Source: Microcystis aeruginosa NIES-843
GTDB lineage: Bacteria; Cyanobacteriota; Cyanobacteriia; Cyanobacteriales; Microcystaceae
Reading direction: 5' to 3'
NCBI RefSeq assembly: GCF_000010625.1
Contig: NC_010296.1
Coordinates: 180,001 to 212,000 of the forward strand
DNA: 32,000 nt
A program made the translations under genes and the position numbers. Numbering within the stretch: the stretch's first letter is position 1; each line of letters starts with the position of its first letter. The notes under the pieces are model-generated. The model did not search any database. It was not told where the DNA came from and saw nothing but the letters and a program-made list of their open reading frames with translations. This document shows positions 27,263 to 32,000 of this stretch, in pieces.

Positions 27263-27941
27263 CGGGAAGAGTACCCTGTATAAAACTATAACTGCTTATC
27301 TCCGCTAGTGCATTAGTGTAACCTGTTGCATCCCCAAAGAAAAGTCCGTCGGAAGCATTTGGGGTAACTCCACTCAAAAGGGCTAAAGTGGCAATCGGTA
27401 GGTCGTCAATGTATAATTGAGCGTTTCCGCTGTTAAATGAACCTTCCAAGCGATAATTATGAAACACGGTATTGTTAAATGATCCTGGCAGTATTTGAAA
27501 TGCTGAAATGCCGATTGCGTCAGTCCCAAACCCAACCGTAAAACGTTGTGATGAACTATTGATGCTTAATCCCAAACCAAAGAAATTTTGAGGATTTAGT
27601 ACAAATTCATCTTGAAGCACTCGTGATCGCCAAGATAAGGTAAAAGGCTGAGTCGTGTCAACGACATTCGCTAACCTATAGCCGTTAACACCATCACCTG
27701 ATCCTAATGTATTTTGAGTGAGGACACCGTTACTGATAGAAAACACATCTGTCTCCGTTGCTGTATTACCATCTACCAAATACGTCCCTCCTTGTGAACT
27801 TGGTAAGGTATTAAAGTTCAAGGTGACGTTAGAAGCGTTAACAGGTACAATCACGAAGGTACTAACAGCTAAAACAGAGGATGTGATCGCTATCTTTGAT
27901 AAGCAATTCTTATTGCTAATGTCATAACCGTAAAACCTCAT
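27177..27941 (-). CDS. PEP-CTERM sorting-domain protein with LamG/concanavalin-like middle domain
   Basis: ORF track, 254 aa. The signal peptide ...KNCLSKIAITSSVLAVSTFVIVPVNA is shared with the 25616-26403 gene. The C-terminal VPEPLSILGLLSLGVLGIGAALNRKL is a PEP motif, TM helix and basic tail. Confidence 0.75.
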   Translation of the reverse strand: MRFYGYDISNKNCLSKIAITSSVLAVSTFVIVPVNASNVTLNFNTLPSSQGGTYLVDGNTATETDVFSISNGVLTQNTLGSGDGVNGYRLANVVDTTQPFTLSWRSRVLQDEFVLNPQNFFGLGLSINSSSQRFTVGFGTDAIGISAFQILPGSFNNTVFHNYRLEGSFNSGNAQLYIDDLPIATLALLSGVTPNASDGLFFGDATGYTNALAEISSYSFIQGTLPGSVPEPLSILGLLSLGVLGIGAALNRKL

Positions 27942-28076
27942 TCAAATGAATATTACCTCTCAATGACAACCGTTTAGTATTTACCAGAATGTGCTTCCGA
28001 TGACCACTTAGGCGATCGCCATTCGTCTCCTCTGGTAACATATTGTCTGGGAACATATTGGGTGAGGCGAATGCAA

Positions 28077-28169
28077 TTAGCCTTCTAGTTCTAATCCCTG
28101 CAAGTTCTGGAATTTCCCCTCTTGGTGATGGGATTCCCCACAAACCGGTGCTATTTTCTCTAGGGCCAT
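28077..28169 (-). pseudogene. truncated smtB (first 30 codons only)
   Basis: [30 protein letters not shown] then stop. It is identical in register to the start of smtB at 24337. Homology to copy 1 ends at about 28086. The ORF track lists it as part of 28077..28280. Confidence 0.7.
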
Positions 28170-28261
28170 ATTTTTTCCCGAGCGGTTATTAAGGGAAAGT
28201 TGAGAAAGGGAGGTATCGATCGAATCTTCCATGCCGATACTTGTCCCCTTCTCCCCAATAA

Positions 28262-28432
28262 CTAAATTTGACTGCAACAACAGCCCGGGTGTCCACCGCC
28301 TTTCCCTTTAACGTGACCATCGGCACAAGCTTGGCAACAGTAGTATTGATCGTTTTCTTTGATGGCATCGGCGATCGATACTACACACTTACAGGATTCA
28401 CAAGCACATTTCATGGTGGTGACAGCGATCAT
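28262..28432 (-). CDS. smtA: second metallothionein paralogue (SmtA/BmtA family), 56 aa
   Basis: Not in the ORF track. My own translation is [56 protein letters not shown]. It has the same ribosome-binding site and 5' region as copy 1. The C-terminal Cys cluster has diverged. The plus-strand ORF 28268..28471 is the antisense artefact. Confidence 0.8.
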   Translation of the reverse strand: MIAVTTMKCACESCKCVVSIADAIKENDQYYCCQACADGHVKGKGGGHPGCCCSQI

Positions 28433-28464
28433 GGTTACTACCTCGGAACTTCTTTACTGACTTT

Positions 28465-28489
28465 AGTATAACATCTGAACAGATGTTCA
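28465..28489 (-). promoter_or_regulatory. second copy of the TGAACA-GA-TGTTCA / AACATCTG-AA-CAGATGTT operator with TATACT box
   Basis: It is identical to 24639-24663 and sits at the same distance from smtA copy 2. Confidence 0.55.
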
Positions 28490-28613
28490 TAGATTGAATA
28501 AGGTTAAATTTTTCTAAAACTCAGAGGGGAAAGTTAGAGCAGTCATCTCATATTTACTGCTCACTGATTACTGATTACTGCTCACTGTTTACTGTGTTTA
28601 GACGCGGAACAGC

Positions 28614-29186
28614 CTACCAGCGATCGCCAGCATCGTAAATTGTTAAACGTCCGACTCCTAGAGCTAATCCGGGAGAATTCTCCCCGGGGGGATAAGCAGT
28701 AATTCCAAACTGATAGACACCACCATAATCAGGATTTCGTACTGGTTTCAGACCGATGGAAACGGTATTACCAGGGGGGACAGGAGGATCAAAAATGACA
28801 GTAATCGTCTGAGTCTTGGGGTCAAAAGTAGTGGATTTTAGGGTTAATTTTTCGCCTCGCTGATTGCGATCGCCAAGAAAAGCAAAGGTTTGATCGAGAA
28901 GAAAAGCAATAGTTTGAATATTAGGCTGCTGTTGTATGGTTACTTTACCCAAGGGCACCCCGAGAGACGGCGGTAGAGCGATGGTAAGATAGTATTTGGC
29001 TCCCCAAGCACGCACGGATTGGAAAGTAGCGGAGAAATTAACCAGAGTGGGAGAACTCTCAAAAAATACTCTGCCATCGGGAAATTGTCCTGCGAGAGAG
29101 ACAGAATCATCAAAAGCGAGTATAGCAATCAAAGCGAGTTTAGATAGACTTTCAGTCTGTTTTAAAGGCAAAAAGGGAATCTTCAA
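28614..29186 (-). CDS. DUF2808-like protein
   Basis: ORF track, 190 aa. F.SSPTLV....T...VRAWGAKYYLTI.LP......LGKVTIQQ is recalled as a cyanobacterial DUF2808 pattern. The start codon is uncertain. Confidence 0.5.
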   Translation of the reverse strand: MKIPFLPLKQTESLSKLALIAILAFDDSVSLAGQFPDGRVFFESSPTLVNFSATFQSVRAWGAKYYLTIALPPSLGVPLGKVTIQQQPNIQTIAFLLDQTFAFLGDRNQRGEKLTLKSTTFDPKTQTITVIFDPPVPPGNTVSIGLKPVRNPDYGGVYQFGITAYPPGENSPGLALGVGRLTIYDAGDRW

Positions 29187-29254
29187 GGTACTATAAAATA
29201 CTGATTGTCAAGGGGAATTATAGCAAATTCACTTAACCCTCAACCGCTGCCATG

Positions 29255-29311
29255 ATCAGTTGTCAGTTATCAGTTATCAGCTGTTTTCTCCCCACTTCCC
29301 ACTTCCCACTT
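29255..29311. repeat. (CAGTTAT)n followed by (CCCACTT)3 heptamer arrays in the recF upstream region
   Basis: gatcagttgtcagttatcagttatcagctg, then cccacttcccacttcccactt at 29291-29311. Confidence 0.8.
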
Positions 29312-29337
29312 CATAATTCCCCAACCCCCAACTTGCA

Positions 29338-30465
29338 ATGTATCTAGAACACCTGCACCTTCACAGTTTTAGAAATTATGCCGAACAGGTGCTAAAATTC
29401 GAGTCCAAAAAAACAATATTATTGGGCAATAATGCTCAGGGAAAATCTAATTTACTAGAAGCGATCGAACTTTTGGCCACTCTCAAGAGCCATCGAGTCA
29501 GCAAGGATCGGGATCTGGTGCTAGAATCGGACTCGGAGGCGAGAATTTTTGCTAGGGTTAATCGTCTTTATGGCGCATCAGAATTAAGTTTAATTCTCCG
29601 TTCTTCTGGTCGTCGCACCGTGATCCGTGATCGTCAACCCCTGCGCCGTCATCTTGATTTTTTGGGCGTGATTAATGCGGTACAATTTTCTAGTCTCGAT
29701 CTGGATTTAGTGCGCGGTGGTCCGGAAGCTCGCCGAGATTGGTTAGATACTTTATTAATTCAATTAGAACCCCTATACGTTCATATTTTACAGCAATATA
29801 ATCAGGTTTTACGACAAAGAAATGCTCTCTTAAAAGAGATTCGTAAACAGGAATTAGAGGGAAAAGTTTATGGGGATTTATCCCAGCTAAAACTCTGGGA
29901 TTTACAACTAGCAGAAACCGGTTCAAGAGTAACGAGAAGAAGGGCGCGAGTCCTGCAAAGATTAATTCCTTTAGCCCAAAAATGGCACGAAAGTATTAGC
30001 GGAAAAACCGAACTTTTAGAATTACAATATATTCCCAATGTGCCTTGGGTAGAAGATGATGTCAATGGGGTACAAAGGGCTTTTTTAGATAAGATTGAAA
30101 CCCGTCGTTTGGCAGAGAAACAACTAGGGACATCGGTAGTCGGTCCGCACCGGGATGAAGTGGATTTTTTAATTAACCAAAACCCCGCTAAATCCTACGG
30201 TTCCCAAGGACAACAAAGAACTTTAGTTTTAGCCTTGAAATTAGCGGAATTACAGTTATTAGAGCAGATTATCGGGGAACCTCCCCTACTACTCCTCGAT
30301 GATGTTTTAGCGGAATTAGATATCGAACGACAAAATCAATTATTAGATGCGATCGAAGACCGTTTTCAAACTTTAATTACCACCACTCATCTCAGTTCTT
30401 TTGAGTCCCGTTGGTTGCAATCTTCCCAAGTATTTTCTGTCAAAAAGGGACATATTTTTTATTAG
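29338..30465 (+). CDS. recF: DNA replication and repair protein RecF
   Basis: ORF track, 375 aa. It has FRNY, Walker A GNNAQGKSNLLEAI, the signature SQGQQRTLVLALKLAE and Walker B LLLLDDVLAELD. Confidence 0.9.
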   Translation: MYLEHLHLHSFRNYAEQVLKFESKKTILLGNNAQGKSNLLEAIELLATLKSHRVSKDRDLVLESDSEARIFARVNRLYGASELSLILRSSGRRTVIRDRQPLRRHLDFLGVINAVQFSSLDLDLVRGGPEARRDWLDTLLIQLEPLYVHILQQYNQVLRQRNALLKEIRKQELEGKVYGDLSQLKLWDLQLAETGSRVTRRRARVLQRLIPLAQKWHESISGKTELLELQYIPNVPWVEDDVNGVQRAFLDKIETRRLAEKQLGTSVVGPHRDEVDFLINQNPAKSYGSQGQQRTLVLALKLAELQLLEQIIGEPPLLLLDDVLAELDIERQNQLLDAIEDRFQTLITTTHLSSFESRWLQSSQVFSVKKGHIFY

Positions 30466-30811
30466 CCTATAGCCACCAGCCTTCAGCCATATTCAGTTAT
30501 CAGTTATCAGGTTTTTCTCCCTATCTTTCCACTCTCTAGTCACCTCAGCAGTTTAACCCTAAACTAAAGCTACTCATTCAGTAAATAGCTGCGATATCTC
30601 GGTAGTTTGCTCTAGAAAATTTCTCATATCTTCTGGTTTAATTGTTTGGTTTAATTTATAAATTACTAACCATTCACCACCAGCTTGCAAATACCAACCA
30701 TGGTTCTGTCCAAAAAATTGTCAGGTGTCAAAATTAAAGATTTCTCGGATAGTAGATTCTTACCATAATACGATCTCAAGCTTATGAACCTTTATTTACA
30801 GACCATTGCTG

Positions 30812-31261
30812 TCAATCGCGGTCATCCTGATTGCTGGCTAAATTGTTGCTGTTAGAAAGTCCGTATAGCTCCTTAACCGATTGGCGGGAAAGGACGATAA
30901 TTGTGAAGACTCCGAGAATTGTACCCAACGGGGTGAACAAGCAGAGGATGCAAGCTATCACAAAAGAAAACCAGTATTTCTTGTGACGGCTGAGAAATCG
31001 ACCCGAAAAAATCGCAGAAATCGCTAAAGCTTCTCCTAGCAGTACTGTTGTTGCACCTAGAGCGGCGAATAGATATCCAAATGCTTTGGGGGGTAACTCT
31101 CCCGACGGCTCCATCGGGAATGATTCAGGGGAGGTAATCATGCTTATTCCTATAAAAAAATGACCCAAGAAAATAAGAGAGAAAAAAGCAATTACTCCTC
31201 CCACAATGTAATGAAATATTGACAATAATCTTAGGTGTTTTCGGTCGTTATTTGTGTTCAT
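30812..31261 (-). CDS. hypothetical integral membrane protein (about 4 TM helices)
   Basis: ORF track, 149 aa, with four clear hydrophobic stretches. The family is not recognised. Confidence 0.5.
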   Translation of the reverse strand: MNTNNDRKHLRLLSIFHYIVGGVIAFFSLIFLGHFFIGISMITSPESFPMEPSGELPPKAFGYLFAALGATTVLLGEALAISAIFSGRFLSRHKKYWFSFVIACILCLFTPLGTILGVFTIIVLSRQSVKELYGLSNSNNLASNQDDRD

Positions 31262-31300
31262 ATAGGTAACTCATAATAGAAATCTACATAATATTATATC

Positions 31301-31423
31301 GGGGAGCATCTCATTTATCCAAGTGAGTAATTATACTTATCCCTAAAACTGTTTTCTAGCAAGGCTTTCAAAATAGCTTGACATAAAAACCTGATTTAAG
31401 GGTTACAAAGGTGAGATGCTCCC
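31301..31423. mobile_element. 123-bp MITE-like element with 12-bp perfect terminal inverted repeats
   Basis: GGGAGCATCTCA (31302-31313) pairs with TGAGATGCTCCC (31412-31423). ATTATATC is found immediately outside both ends (31293-31300 and 31424-31431). The right flank continues as an (A)TTATATC microsatellite. Confidence 0.45.
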
Positions 31424-31837
31424 ATTATATCTTATATCATTATATCGAAGCTGAAAACTTTTCTAGTCAAGGGATTTACTCGAATAGAAATGATTCTAAT
31501 TCTCCCATAGTTTTTCGATGAAATTGAATTAGTAACGAAAGACATACAGTTCAGCTATCGAACTATTTTTATTAGTATAGATGAGAAAAGCAGACCGTGA
31601 TTGGGTTGTCGCTTTTGGGGATATCTCGTGTAATCATCTCGACATCACCTCCCTTGCCTAGCTTCAGGTAATTCCGATTCTGAGGGTTAACTCTCGAAGG
31701 TATTGACTTCTGGCAATAGCTAGAGATTTGTTATTAGCTAAAAGCAAATATTATTTGAGCCAAAATTGCTCGATTCCCCCTAACGATGGGTCTGGTAAAA
31801 CGTCCTTGACTTTTTTCTTTGTCTGTATATACCCATA

Positions 31838-31866
31838 ATAACAAAACAGGCCGCAGGCCTGTTTCA
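31838..31866 (-). terminator. rho-independent terminator of rpiA
   Basis: The minus strand reads gaAACAGGCC-tgc-GGCCTGTTTTGTTATTAT. This is an 8-bp GC-rich stem followed by a T-rich tail, about 25 nt after the rpiA stop. Confidence 0.7.
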
Positions 31867-31890
31867 CTGTTAGATTAAGAATAATTAATC

Positions 31891-32000
31891 CTACCTAATC
31901 TCGCGCACTACCGGCTTACCGTCAATAATTTCACCGACGAGAATCAGATCAGCAACCCCGACAAATAAACCATTTTCTAAAACCCCCGGCATATTATTAA
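31891..32000 (-). CDS. rpiA: ribose-5-phosphate isomerase A, C-terminal end (gene starts beyond the window end)
   Basis: My own minus-strand translation is ...[34 protein letters not shown] then a stop (TAG at 31893-31891). The (I)PGV.E.GLF...AD..I.G pattern is the RpiA C-terminus as I recall it. Confidence 0.6.
   Translation of the reverse strand, partial: NNMPGVLENGLFVGVADLILVGEIIDGKPVVREIR

Noticed and set aside
30574-30775. Start-less minus-strand open frame FFGQNHGWYLQAGGEWLVIYKLNQTIKPEDMRNFLEQTTEISQLFTE, preceded by a short ATG ORF (MVRIYYPRNL) in another frame
   Set aside because: It looks like a small gene broken by frameshifts and stops. I cannot assign a family and there is no usable start, so it is noted only as a possible relic.

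Overview
The window reads as a chromosomal segment of a unicellular cyanobacterium, most likely Microcystis. This is an inference from HIP1 GCGATCGC palindromes throughout, CAGTTAT/CAGTAAT, CCCTACA and CCCACTT heptamer arrays in intergenic regions, a low-GC backbone, and pentapeptide-repeat and PEP-CTERM proteins.

Housekeeping genes:
- purK, a LivH-type permease, recF and the rpiA 3' end.
- An SGNH hydrolase, a methyltransferase/glycosyltransferase fusion, and an SNF2 helicase.
- A K+ channel, a SulP permease, and DUF2252, DUF4346, DUF2092 and DUF2808 proteins.

These are interleaved with three accessory patches.

1. 13.3-16.9 kb, a transposon pile-up.
- An IS200/IS605 tnpA is followed by a decayed tnpB/omega-RNA-like right end.
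- Next comes a frameshifted IS110-family recombinase with a long structured 5' non-coding end, a bridge-RNA candidate.
- An apparently intact tnpB of opposite orientation follows, with its own omega-RNA-like terminus ending in GTCAA.

2. 23.9-28.6 kb, a metallothionein locus.
- smtA and smtB are both below or outside the ORF-track calls. They sit next to a perfect TGAACA-GA-TGTTCA operator.
- About 450 bp of this locus is repeated 3.4 kb away, giving a second smtA and only a stub of smtB.
- The two copies bracket a Uma2 nuclease, a MazF-type toxin-antitoxin pair and two PEP-CTERM genes. The PEP-CTERM genes share their ends but not their middles. One is out of frame at a G8 tract.

3. 8.4-12.1 kb, a visibly GC-richer two-gene block (DUF2252 plus SulP).

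Three small MITE-like families with terminal inverted repeats and flanking direct repeats are present. No rRNA, tRNA or CRISPR array was found.

All family assignments come from motif recognition by eye and need database confirmation.
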